Shown here: piece by piece, positions 1-14,200 of the stretch
How positions within the stretch are numbered: position 1 is the stretch's first letter
How the letters are laid out: each line of letters starts with the position of its first letter
The notes under the pieces: model-generated
Databases searched by the model: none
What the model saw: only the letters and a program-made list of their open reading frames with translations
What the model was told of the DNA's origin: nothing
Program-made: the position numbers and the translations under genes
Assembly: GCF_964204645.1 (NCBI RefSeq)
Contig: NC_134027.1
Location: 5,240,485-5,304,484, forward strand
Length of the DNA: 64,000 nucleotides
Direction of reading: 5' to 3'
Source: Tubulanus polymorphus
Taxonomy: Eukaryota > Animalia > Nemertea

Positions 1-3000
1 GATTGATAATCGTGATGGTTTAGTTACACCGAGAAAGTCCACCGTTTTGGGTCAATGAAGTTGTTTTCTAAGGATGATCAGTGACTCTTGACGCAATGTA
101 GTATATGTACTATTCGGACCAAGTACTTAGTTGAAAAACTGGGATTTAATGTGATAGTTATGCGTGTGAATGGCTTTCATCTCTTGACTTGAAATCAATT
201 GATTTGAATTCGATATTGTTAATCAATTAAACTTGTGTAGAAAAGTGCACATTATAATTCAGTTTAATATGTTAACATTTCGAGGAGTTTCCCATCATTC
301 TAAATTGACGTTATATATTATAGAAGAAATCCATGTATGTATTTATTTAATTAACGTTATGGGTTCAAAATATCAACAGGTGTTTCGTTGTTAAATGTCG
401 ATATATTTTATCGATTAAATATATTATTTATTATATACACAATATCTACACACCAGCTGTTAACACTTATTTCGATGTACATCTAGATATGTATTTTGAA
501 AATTCCTAGAAATGCGACGGTTACGACGGTTACACCAGCGCCATCTTTTGTATTCGAACTCGAACCGTTTTAGCTCTGAAATGGCGATCGTCCTGATCTG
601 AAACGGCGACAGTACTGATTGGACACACGAATGGAGAATGTACTTGATGACATGAGGTGTATATTGACACTGAAACAGTTGCTATATGATGCTATTAATG
701 GAGACGGGTTACTCTCGTCAATCCAGTTGTTTATTGATCACGATCTCCCGTAAATGTTAATTTCAAATTCTATTACCGGCACGGATATAAACAGTAATGA
801 AAAGAAAGTGAATGAAATAGTCAGCGCCTCTGTGAGTCTGGTTCACAAACATGAGGAAAATCCACCGTCTATTTGCACACTTTCCGCTTATATCGATTCA
901 ACATTTCTAACGATCGTTTGTTTCAAACATTAACTGTAATAGAAACCTTATAGAGTACAATCGGCGATAACAGCCAAGAAAACCATAGAATTTAATTCTA
1001 AACCGTAGAAATCTTATTCGAAAAAAATCATTATGGCAAACCAATCTATCGTTTATTGAATGTAGAACCACAGTTTGGATTATACAGAAAAACCCTAGCC
1101 CTCGCGCTGCAGCTTTTTGATGATGCACAGAAAAGCACTTATATGATCATACACTTCAGACCCTACATCAGTTCCACGAGAGATAACTTAATAGATCCGA
1201 TGATTTAAGGTGTCGATTTCAGCTGTGAGAGAAAATCAATTCGCGATCACTTGTCTCTCAGCCGTCGGTGTGCTAGGAGTGGGGAATGAACGGAGGAGCG
1301 CACTGAGGGTGTATGTCATCATTGAGCAAAATGACTTTGATATCTGTCATATTCAGTTCATAAAAAGGTAGGTCTCAGATGAAGCTTCATATAGATTTTT
1401 TGCGAACATCTCCAAGAGCGTCCATAAGTGTATGTGTTATAGTTATATATGCGTTGATTTCTTTCTATTGTGCAAAAGGTGACTTAAAAATATGTATACC
1501 GGGTAAAATTGATTGGTTATTCATATTACAATGTTGTGGGTTGATTTATTTATTGATCATTATTTCATATCTTATACTGTGTCGGGTTACTTACGATTAT
1601 TTCGATTTTTCGATTATTTTTGTACCGAGTTTATCAAAAGAATTTTAAAAAACAGGATATACCATATCCATATTAGAATCGAGAGAGAATTGAGATACTA
1701 ATACTAAGAAGAAGGTTCAAGATTCATAGTCAAATAAATGTTTTGTTGTCCTTGATGTCCTTGCTCTGCCTAATTACCAAACCGACAAATTATTCTATCA
1801 AACTTATGGAAGATATTAGCCATTCATCTTCAATATGCTAGTAAGCAATTTCAGTGCTAGTAATAATGTGATTCAATGGACCTCTCGTAGTTGATATGGT
1901 AGTTGATCCGATCGAATTGCCTCCAGCACTCGCTTATAATCTATCCAGAATATATATGATATGATGTTTGCTCCTGGATGTGGATGGATAATTTAGCCAT
2001 GCAGAATAGGCTTCATCGGAAATCGCCGTACAAGCCATAATGAAAAAACTAATATACAAGTATACGAAATATTCGGACTGATCTCTTTCGAGCTATGAAA
2101 AAGCGATCGTTTTTCTTCGGGAGAAAAGGAGAACGATTTTCGAAGAAACAAAACGCGAACTGAATCATTTTGCATCATAGTTGCCTTTTTGTTTAATGTA
2201 ACATATTCGTCTTTCGCTACATATTTGACTGCAGATAACCAGTAAAGTAGGCGACATTAAACGCTTCATTTATTTATGGTCGTTGATATCTTCTAGAAAG
2301 ATTAATGATTCTCAGTTTTCTGTCTCACCGACTTTCCAATCTTAGTTCTCAGCGATGATGAATCCGTCGTCCAATTTCACCAAGTCCTACGCCTTATAGA
2401 TAAACCTTTCAGACCCTTGAACGTATGCGTATCAAAGTACGAGTGGACAAGTACAAATTCTCTCATTGCAAGTGGGCATGGTTGAAGTTTTTATCCGAAG
2501 GCAGATATATAAATCGGATATTTATGCTGACAGTAACATCATTTGGAACGTGCTGCGAATTTTGGAAATAATAATGTAAACCATCTTCCAGTTGAATAAC
2601 CGACACCATGATGCATACAAAATCGAACCCGCTGCACAAATTTCTCGACAAATTGACGAGTAATCGGAATTCGGAGTGCCACATCGTTATTATGTACGTG
2701 AACATCAAGATTTACCCGACGATTCTCGAGTGCAATTTCAACACACGAACAATAATGAACGCGTGGGATTTTGTATGTCGTTGAACTTAGTTAGGAATTC
2801 GAAAAAATCATATCAAATACTTATTATGCATAACTGCTTCAATCGCGATGGCATTCTGTCACCCTGATATACATTTGAAAGGGGTTTTGAGAACATTCTT
2901 CGCCAACGTGTCTAATACTACTTGTCTAATACTATCATAACAATTTCTTTCCAAAAGAAAATTCTTTACGCTTTACCTTGTCTTCGGCGACAACATATCT

Positions 3001-6000
3001 TTTACTTCTTCGCTTGATATGGTAAATGGATGTCGGGTTTTCTTTCGTAGTTTGAATTGATGAAGGAATAAGCTGTTTGATATAGAGCAATTTCTCAAGG
3101 GATGCTATTTCCCATTTTGTCTGTTATTTCACGATATGGTTCGCTCCGTAGTCACCTGGGTCCCCGGTAAGTGGCGTTTATTTCCGCGTCGGTGCTGTCA
3201 CCGGGTTCAGTAACAGATAATTCTATTACACTGACGAATACCTGGGGAACTCAGAACATGATATACATTGTGCTCTTTTTGAAGCATTATTGATTTCAGA
3301 CGAATCTTATCCTGTTATATTTTCCTATAATTTCAACAAATGAAAACACATCTGAATGTTATTTAATGAAATTGTTAGCAATAACACATATTTATTGGAA
3401 GGGTTTATGAGAATGTACTATAGAATAGACTATTCAATAGGGGGTTACCGAGAGCGCTGTAATCTATTTCTTCGGACGATCACGTCTGGATTCTGGGGTA
3501 ATCATTCTATTTGCCAGAAGCCATGCCATTGATGTCGTAATGTCCATCAGTATTCATTGCTTATTCATAGCAACGCCGAAATAGTTCGTTTATTACCAAG
3601 ATATTCATAGTTTTTTGAACGGTACCAATCGTGCACAGGTAATAATACTGTGGCGCGATGGGCCATAGTCGGTGAAGATATAGCAAGACTCACTATTTGG
3701 AAATAGTGACAATAAATGGTTTATCATAACGTCTTTCAAAACATTGTTTATTATATAGAGGCGCAATTTCATGCTTTATTCAGACTTCCATTGCTTATTG
3801 AAGAACATTACTTCACGTACAAGGTCATTATTGCAGAAAACTGTCAATTCTCTATTCGCAATTCGAGTCGTGTTATAGATTTATTCGCATCAATTCTCTA
3901 TGTACTGTCGCTATGGAAGAAATTGTGCAAAGTATACGAGTCTCGATCTTACATATATTTACAGTATATATATTGGTGCTTGAATTAGATAGCCACGCAT
4001 TGTTCCCCATAAAATGATTTGCCAATGTAGACGCACTGATTGAAAAGGGCAAAAAGTGATGCAATTTACTCGGGAATAGGTCGCACTGTCCTTGGTCACT
4101 GATGGTGAAGCCGACAAAGAACGACAATAAGTGGTCACATTATTTTCAACCACTTTTTCATTTTCTTGACAAATGACAAAAGGTCGCACTTATATCCGTT
4201 AGATGAACGCTTAGTTTAGGTATCTGCCTTTCTTGCGGAACCTTTGCATCAGAGTCGTGTAGTAACCTTCCGAGCTTCCCAATCCCTGTTTTCTAAAACC
4301 CGGAAGTCACAAAAGATTTAGAAATCAACGTACGTATATCATATAACCATTCATTTTATGCGCTTAAACCCTCAAAACGGTTGAAAAACACCCTCCAGTC
4401 GGCCGTAAGTGCACTATTAAAACTGTAACTTAATAGCGGAAACTGTGAATGATGAAAGCTTGGGGAGAATTAATCGTCAGTATCCGCCTTGATATACTGA
4501 TGGCTTTATATGGCTGTTAATGGCTTAACACAAACGATCCCTAGCTGTCACATTACGTTGTCGAACTGCAAAAACAACCATATGATTAGAAATGCTTGTA
4601 TTACTCGGATTACGAGAAACTGTATTTTACTACATTGTTGATAAAACGTTAAATGTTAAACTACATTTACGCTTTACGTAAAATGGCCATAAATGTCCCC
4701 TTAGAAGCAGAGTATCGAGATATGAAATGTGAATCTTGGATTTTATTTTTGGCATAAACCAATTGAATCAAATATGCATTCATGTTGAGATAATCACTAG
4801 ACCTGAAATAGTTTTTTCCTTTTTCATAACACGATGTCTGCACTCCAGAACGGTTCTCTATCCTCAGCTTAGCTTATTGGGAAATACTCCTAAATAAAAA
4901 GGCTTTTTATTCTGTGTTGATAATGTCGTTATTAACCCGCTATCTATAAACCTTGCGAGATCAATATATTTTTGCACCTATTCTGTGTGATCTTCAAAAA
5001 ACCTAATCCCGATGGCAACCAGTAACGACAGCAGAAAATTCACCAGGAGGTTGAATCGATACATAGCACATAAAGTATTTATCTAACAATTAGAATGTAA
5101 AAGCTCATTCTGTGAACGATTTTCACGACCCGGACCATCGCGTGATGCATTTCCCACGAGAATAACGCGTTCAGGGGAGGGGTGTGTTCTGTGTTGATGA
5201 TACTAGTTAATTCAGTAGGATTTCTGTCACAGTAGCGCTAAAAACAGTCACTATCAACGTCATTATGAATACTACTGCAGCTACTAAAGTTCGCGCTGTG
5301 CAAAAAGAAAGGTAAACACATTCCGTATTGTATTTTAAGATTAAAAGATATCGATGGTTTTTAGAGATATAGGTGACGATTTATAATTGTACATATATAG
5401 AATTATTATAAGATGACTATCAGGTTATAGTCAAAACGTCGAATTGATAAATCATTAGCTTTTCGGACTTCATCTTCGTTATATTATATTCGTTATATTA
5501 GTGTGGAATTCTTTATCGTCACAACACGGACATAGTGTTTCACCAATTCATTATTTGTCATGACACAAGATTTCGTAACACTTCGATTCGTAAACAGATG
5601 CGTGTATCTAATAATGCCGAAAACATTTTATTTCAATTTATGTACGTGTTTTTTAAAGTGAGTTTCTATACGTTCTGTTATGCCGCCACAGCACTGCTTC
5701 CAATTAGTATGCACACGTTTCTATTAGGTTTCCATAACGTTCGTTTTTAAACATCGATATTTCACGCGAACGGCATGCGAAACGCTTCTTTCATTATTAA
5801 ATAAAGCTCGTTTCATTTATAAAGGGCATTTTATCACACAACTGATAGTGACGTATATGTTATCTGAACCTTTCTATCTGACATGTTTATCTAAAACTAC
5901 CGTCGCTCTCCACGAAGACTATATAGGTTTTGTAACCATATTAAATCCATGCAATTTTCAAACTCTCCCTGAAGTATTATTTTGTAATCAATATTCCAAG

Positions 6001-8285
6001 TACTTTCCTTCAACAGCAAGCCTCTAAATCAAATGAATGAGAATTGGTTGCCATTTTTTCGTGAGAAAATGTTGTAGCGGTGGATACGCTGCTATCGCAT
6101 TACTGAAAAACTAGACTTTGGTGCCGGAAAGAATGTAAAACCTATTTGAAATTAAACTATTCAAATTCGAGATATCGTAAAAGAAGTCAGATTAATGGTA
6201 TTTTCGATTTTCACCATTATGCCAAATCTGGTGCACGGGCCTTTCGGAGTGGTGTCCCTCGCACTGGAAACTGTTTGATGTTTGAAGTTAGTTTTGGTCA
6301 TACATTTGACGATTCATTAAGGTTTTATGTTTTTCGTGCACGCTTATTCCGTGGTCTAACCTTACAACTCTCCCGGGAAATGATCCAATAAATTGCTATA
6401 ATCAAATGCATCTTGGAGCTTCTTAATTGATAATTTGCTCGCATCGGCGAATTAAGTCAATTAGCCAAGATATTTGTGAGATGAGAGGACTGGTGTAAGT
6501 AAGGGACGAAGGTCGTATATTTATATCCCACTCGAGAGGCAGAAATAGCTATAATTGTATTAATCAACACACGGTTTCTATCGGGGCTTTTAATTCGATT
6601 TACTGAAAATTTCTCGTACGCAAACAAATTAAATCTGAGTATTGGGAAATTTTAATAACTTAACTGAATCGAGGCGTGATATTAATGCGAAATTAAATGC
6701 GTGTGTTTAACTCAATTCCAGCATACGAAGACGTTTGCTCAAATGATCGTCAGAATTCGTCTCCTCAATTTTCCAAGTAAACATCATTTTGAGAATCTGG
6801 CATGATTTGTTTCGGTATGATTTAAGATATGTGCTGCAACTTTCTATCGTTCGTCACAATGTTAAAACTGTAATCGTTATATATATGAATGTATAAATTG
6901 GTAGAATATGTATTTCCTGTGTTAAGCACCACAACTATGGGCGGTGCTGATGGGGGAGATTGGATTACACATCATGTAATATTGATTTGACTCAGTATTT
7001 AAGCTTCTGTCGCGCGCATACATAATTTCTCTATTTCATCTTTGCGTGTGAATTCCGATACAAAACTTCCTTCACGTTAGTCTGCGTGTTAGAGCTTTAT
7101 TCGTAAGGAGCCACCTCAATAAAACATCAGTTCCATTAACAATAGTTCATCAACGAATAACTGTCTTGTGTCGTTGAGAGATGATTCAGTTCGCTCAGTT
7201 TCTCCTTCTTAACTGTCGGCGATAAACAGAGATAAAACAAAAACAAATATACATGGCATTCATAGCATAATGAGCATGTGCTTGATCCTGGTTTGATTTT
7301 CCTCCTCTTTATTGTTAAAAGCCATGTTATCCATATATTACAGTGTAATAATAAATATAAGATTCAATCGTTTTGAATTGTTCGGACTGAACAAGTCCGG
7401 TAGACAATCCATAACAAAACTCGCAGCAATGCCATACATCCACGTGTTATACTTCAGGATTAATTCTGAAATTTTACGAATGAAATTACAATGGCAGATT
7501 AGAACATTGCACAGACAGGTGAAACTTATGATAATTAACAATATAATTGTAATATTAATATCTAATCATTATTTATATGTACCATCAATATCTTATCAAG
7601 TATCAATCGATTTTCTTAATCACCCGATGGTCTGAGATCGAATGAATCCCCGAATGTATGAAGTATACTTTTTCATACGTTTAGATGATCAAGGTGTTCG
7701 TTCGAGCTGATTAGATGAGAAGATATACTAATTAGCCTGCCCGTCATTGTCCCCAGATAGATTCATTAACTTCGCCTCCAGTTTCTGCATGACCACTCAC
7801 GACGGCTACTGCATTATCGGTCTACCCCGTAGTTTCTACGACTAATTTCTTCTTTCTAATAGTAAAAGACCGAGGATATGTGAGTGAGAGCATTTTTTTC
7901 CGCTCACAGAAAAACACGTTGAACTAATTTTCGTAATATGGCGGTTCAAAGATGTCGAATTCGTTTCGAAGGCGTATTAAAACACTGTCAAATACGAATA
8001 AATGTACGCGATGTAAACTCATCAGTAATATTATTATCTTGTTAATGTATACATAATTCAAAGCGCTGATAGTTATAGCTCTGCCGTCTCGTTGTTATTG
8101 CACAAAAGTCATCCAATTTTAATGCGGTGCTCGGATCGATGGCGCTCCACTGTTTCCAACCTTTGCGAAACATCCGCTGATGGTAAGTTGCATTACGATA
8201 TTGACACCTACATGTGTATACTCTCTCTCTCTCTCTCGTATGTTACAGATTGCCACTAGTCACAACCGAAACAAAACCACCGAGA

Positions 8286-11200
8286 ATGCAAGCACATGGA
8301 CCGGGGCGAAGCGTTCGCCAGTCGAGCATGGCTCAGCTTCACCGTTTCGTGAAGCTCCACGATCGTTTCGATACTCAGATATTTACGTTTGTCGTACCGG
8401 GAACAATTGTCAAGGAATACTCTCCGGACGTATATTCGCGGGACTTCATGTACGGATATCAAAAATGGGTAATTTGTTTCGTTCGATCGGACCTTCACGT
8501 CGGTACATTTCTATCGTTGCGAAATGTAACCGATGGCATGGCGTGCACCATCGACTATGCATTTACCATTCTCAATAAAGAACATTTCACAAAGAACGAA
8601 GGTTATTTGGAAAAAGATTGTAATTTCACCGCAAAAGAACATACCCGAGGTCGCAAAAATCTTATCGGTGTAAATGATTTGGTCGATCGACATTTTCTTC
8701 TCGATGAAGATAAGATAATTATCGAACTGGAAATGCGTAACATACGAACTTCATTCGAACAGATTCTACAACTTCCCCGTGATATAAGAGATCAACAAAA
8801 CGTCGCTAACAATTTTCAGAAATTCGAAACGTCGTATTTCGCTTTCGGCGGCTTCGACTGGGGTCTGTCGATATTTCCTAACGGTGACTGCTCAAGAAAC
8901 GAGGGCCGTCCGATGGTACATTTGAACCGGCAGACTAGCTTCGATCACTGCTGTAAAGTGCGTTACCAGGTCATTCTCGGACACGGCGACAAAGAACTCG
9001 AATCTGATGTTTTAGAGGACTATTTCGACGTCAGTGGAAGTGGCGTCGGGTCGCAGATCGGCGCCAACGTTTACTCTTTAACTACCAACAAGGGTAAACT
9101 AAAATGTCGCGTAGAACTTCTATCCGTGTCTGCTGTCAGCGAAGTACAAATATGTCCATTGGACAGACGGAGAAACCGGTCTCGTCTATATGACCGGGAT
9201 AAACAGGCTTGGCAATTAGAAGCTTTGTTGGATGGTGCATATCTTCACTTACAGTTAAACTATGCAGATATTTACAATATTCCTCGTCATTATGCTCGAT
9301 ATGTTTGCTGGAGCTGTAGCATTATTCCTATCTCCAAACCGGACACGACAAAACGACGTCCAATCAAAGCCCTGGGCACGCCATTCTACAATTACTACAC
9401 ACAAAAAGATGCAGATGAAGGCTTTGGTATGCTGACCAATATACCCGTCAAAGAGGTAAGGCGATAAAGCTACAGTTGTTGTTCAAGAATGAATTTCTCT
9501 TTTTTCATAATCATATATAAATATCAATTCAATTGTGAGAGTTTGATACTGACAGCCTCATCAAAAGTTGATTTGTCATCTCGTAGATTTTCAAATTTTG
9601 CAAATGCATTGTTTTTATTGTGTGAATCATGAGATCGATACAACTTAAGTCACAAGGAAAGTAGGAAGGCTACTTCAGATCCCACAAGAACTGAAAACAG
9701 TGCACAGGCTCATTAAATATTCATATATGCGCCTGTTGTCGTCAAGGTTTATTAACGCTAAGAGACCAAGTTTCGAATACAAAATGACAGTTTTCTAGTT
9801 TGCTATACTTCGCGTCGATATCTATTATGTATCGAATCTCGACAACGATTCTCTTCTCCCTGACAAACATCATGACGCTCACAATTAGCTGCTTAGCTAC
9901 AATTTTTCATCTGAAAACCCGATGAAATACACGTACGAATTATTTCAGCAGCACGAGCCTTGGGCTGCCGGGATTCATCAACGGAATGATTTACATGCGA
10001 CGTTGAAGAAATTAAAAGCACAATTTATAGCTATCGAATATGGATATAATTGATATTTATAACACGAGAAAATTACTGCTTATATAGTTTGCAGCCACAA
10101 GAGTATCAATCTCCACAAAGGCAAACTCATTTTTTTTCTAAAACTGTTATATCACTTGCTGTTTTATTACTTGCAGTGGTTCTCGTTGCTTTTACGATAC
10201 TATCGAAGACACGAAATGTCTCCCAATCGACTGAACGCGCGTTTAAAATGCATATATTACTGCATTCCATGACACGTAACTTAATGAAACTAATAGATAT
10301 CAAATTTTTTCTTCATGCCAACTATATTAGAAATATATCAGAATTCCCTGAATAATCAGCTCTACCCAGTCGAGCAAAGATAACGGCGTGAGTGTATTCT
10401 ATCGAAACAATCACACGGGACGTTATTTAATGCCAAGAATCTATACTCCTGAGACGATCGATAAAGACTAAATTCTATACATCGATTCTTTGAGAATCTC
10501 AATCGCACAGATAAGCACTCATAATGTCAATTCATTCAGAGATTTTTCAATCAAGAATTTCAACGGCTATTTCATAGATTATTGGTTTAACAGTGAAACG
10601 AGTACACAGATGTTAGGATGACGGAGTATTTCTATAGCGTCGGGCGTTCCCTGACATTTATGTATATTAAGATTTATATCGAAAACACGGTTCGATATTA
10701 AAACCTAATATCTATTCATAGACTCATTAGAGGTTTATTTAAACATTGGGCGTTAACCTCGGACAACATGAAACATCGTTTAGAAAATCAAGCGTATTGA
10801 AATACAACGTTAATTACACTACGTAAACTACCGTTCTATTTAGCCTTTTTATTTTCCAATTCCAAGAAAAACTAATCTATAAGACTTTATCCCGTGTATT
10901 CGTAAAATGCTAAAATCAGTTTTATAATAGTATGCGTGATGATTTGCGTGGTTGTCGTTCGTCTTCTAGTATTCTGAAGGTGATTAGTAGTGATCATCGT
11001 AAAAACAAAGTCGCCTGTTATTCTAAACATCGCGTGCGCGATTATATCCCTCCCATTTTTCTACTCATATTCCTGCAGTGAGTTTTTTCTTTCGTCTTTG
11101 CTATGAAACATTTAAACCGGCTTCAAAAGACCGTTTATCCGACATGACTGATTGGCGAAATGTCAGGTGATATTAAGTTCCGAAATCTATACACGCAATA

Positions 11201-14200
11201 ACGCGCGATAAAACTGAAGGAAGATACAACTACTCTAATGTAAGAGAATAGGTGAAAATATTGCTGGTATTTGCCTGATGCGGGCTTTCACTTTTTCCGG
11301 TGGTCATTTTTTGTTCGGCGCGAAACCGCACTTTAACCGATGTGTCTCGCTCGCGCTGTACTCGATATTTACACAGCTATCCAAGTGGAGAGTAACATCC
11401 TTGATCGATCCAATTAATGGCCTAAGGAGACCAACAAGTTTGTAGAGTGATAAATTATTGATACGTACCATTAACTCTACCAGACTCTGGTCTTTTCTCA
11501 ATTGATATATGGTAGATCTCTGTGTCTAGTGACTTATCCCGCATGTTCTTTGTTGTGACGTATTACGTTCGAATGTTCTGCGGGCATTTTGTGTATTTAC
11601 CAAGCGCAGAAGACGCTAATATCGGCCTCCTTAAACGACTAATGTTTAACAAAAGCATTTTCTTGTCATGATTAACCCTCGAGTTGTCGAGCCCCTCTCA
11701 ACGATGGGTGTGTAGATTCTGTCAACGAACTATAAAAAAGAAACCCACGAGACGAGAGTGGGCATATTATCTTTTCATGAATTATCCGACAATTGTTTTT
11801 ATTCAATATCAGCGGAACAATCACGAGTGTCTTAAGATGTCGTAAGGCTATCTATCGCTCTATCTCTAAATGAACGGATGGCCATCATCTGTATAGCCTA
11901 TCAAATTGGGTAAAATGAACGGATGGCCATCATCTAATGTAAAGCCTATCAAATTGGGTAAAACCTCTAGTCGTCTTTTCTTTTTTATTATGCTTTTTGC
12001 ATAAGCCAGCAGCTACCAAAAAACTCATCGTTTTTACATTCCAACATGGGAACATTATTTTGCTGAGACCCATCGTAGCCACGATTTCGTTAAATAATTT
12101 GTCTGTTTATGGCTACTTTCTGTGTAATGGTCTTTTTACGTGTCGATATAGCATCATATACCCAACGAAAGTAATGCAGTAAATCGTACCATAAACAACT
12201 TCGAAATGAAAGTAAAGAATTGGCCGGTCATTTGTAGGATACGAAATCGATAGCATATCAGCATATTTCAAGCATAGCCACAATGTAGGCTTGTTTCATA
12301 AACATTGAATTTTTCTCAGCTACAATTTTTTCTGCTTCCCCGAAGACATTTGTATTTGCCCATCCGTGAAATCGAGTCGATTAATCCACGTCGGATGGAT
12401 GACAAAATGTTGTTGCGCTGTTATCAATTTTTTTTGTGTACAAGGTTAACCAACACGTGGTGATGACATCACGGTATCGGTCATTACTCGACGTCGCGCC
12501 TAATTGGTAAAGCCTAATTCGGTGATAGCGTATACTCGAAATAATGTCATTCTCATTTGTATAACGTGTGGTATTTAGTTGTGTGTATACCTATAATCCA
12601 TATGTATATCTAGAGTCAGTGTGGTCACCGTGTTTAAATAAGCAGTACATACATTTGTCTCTGCATTGCGGTGGATCTATTGGCATAAAGCCTGGGGCTT
12701 CAGCAAACATGGGTGATGCGCAAACTTATCACGATCAATCAGAATAATAGATTGGTTTCGGCATGTCTGACATATTCATCATTGTTTTTGCTATCTAGAC
12801 CGTGATTGAAGGAAGTTCTGTAAGATATTGGCTCATTTTTCTCTCCCTGCCGATCATCGCCACGTCAGAAACTGGTCCGACATCGACTGTCGATACGTTG
12901 TGTAAACACAATACACAGATGATTAAATCTTTCGTCGACAAATCTCGGGGGTTTTCATTCGAGGCGATTTTTCGGCTCATTTCTTGCACGTCGCTGTAAT
13001 AAGAGGCCCGATATTAAGGACACTCGTGTATTCTACGATCACTCATCTCATATTATACAGACTTATGGGGGTAGTTTTGTAGAGTGTAATGATAATACTC
13101 AGGAGCCCTTTAAATAACCACTGATTTGCAATTGAGGGTTCGATTCTTCTTAAACATTCTAGTATGGTGGCTATGATTTTTTTCAAAGAAAATGTCGAGG
13201 AATTAAAAATGTGTTTTTTCTGGGTTTGATCCAGACCTTTTCACAGCACATCGAGATATGAAATATGCCGAGGCATTGTCGCCGTCATAATGAAAAATTA
13301 CTAATGTACTGATATCTTTAATAAGATAAAATCCCACTATTTACAGATTAAAAGAATTTAAAAAACAAGAATTTATTTATTAAATCTAAAATATTTAAGT
13401 GTCTTTTAAATATTTTAGATTTAATAAATAAATTCTTGTTTTTTAAATTCTTTTAATCTGTAAATAGTGGGATTTTATCTTATTATCCGTTCACCACGTT
13501 TGAGTGTGGTTATCGTTCTATTATACTGATATCTTTTATTCCGCAATGCACGAATTTCCTGGGAACTATTGATTGGGCGTTAGGCGTGCCAGTTACGAAA
13601 AAAGTTGCAAAATTTTTGATGTCGATAAAACGACGAAGACTTAGGCGTGTCGTTTCACTGATAGCAATTTGAGCCTGTATTTTCGTTTGAATGTTTTTGA
13701 TAGACGCTGTAAGCTGTGGGTAATCCTTAAGGCATGTACACAAACCTAGATAAAACGGTTTTTCTACGTCGAAGTAAACAACCCCGCAGTTGTCCATCAT
13801 TTTCGTTGGTTGATGTCTCGTTAACCAAATCGATTGATATTTATTGCTGAAATTATAGCTATATCGTATCAAAATCATTCGAAGATATCTTCAAATGAAA
13901 ATGAACGATAGAGCGTATTCGGTCGAAGCGTTTTGGGACTGTGCAATCTCAGTAAGATTTGTTATGTCTAACAATAATGTAACAAACCGGGCGAATTATT
14001 ACTGATAGCAAAACCATTCTGTAGCCTTTATTCCACGCGAACGTATACGGCTTGTATCAAGTGGCGTGGAAATGATTTCCATTGCCCTGTTAATGGATTT
14101 TTCAGCAGCATCCAGCGAACATCCAAGTTGATATTAATTGCAGTTTGAAATGTGTTCACTCAATTGTATCGAAATTATTCAATTTGCATGAAATGTCAAT

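Noticed and set aside
1-8200. Many 60-130 aa ORFs in the supplied track (also throughout 9500-18900 and 32000-36300)
   Set aside because: Composition typical of translated AT-rich non-coding DNA, many with non-ATG starts, no recognisable motifs and no phase-consistent exon chains.
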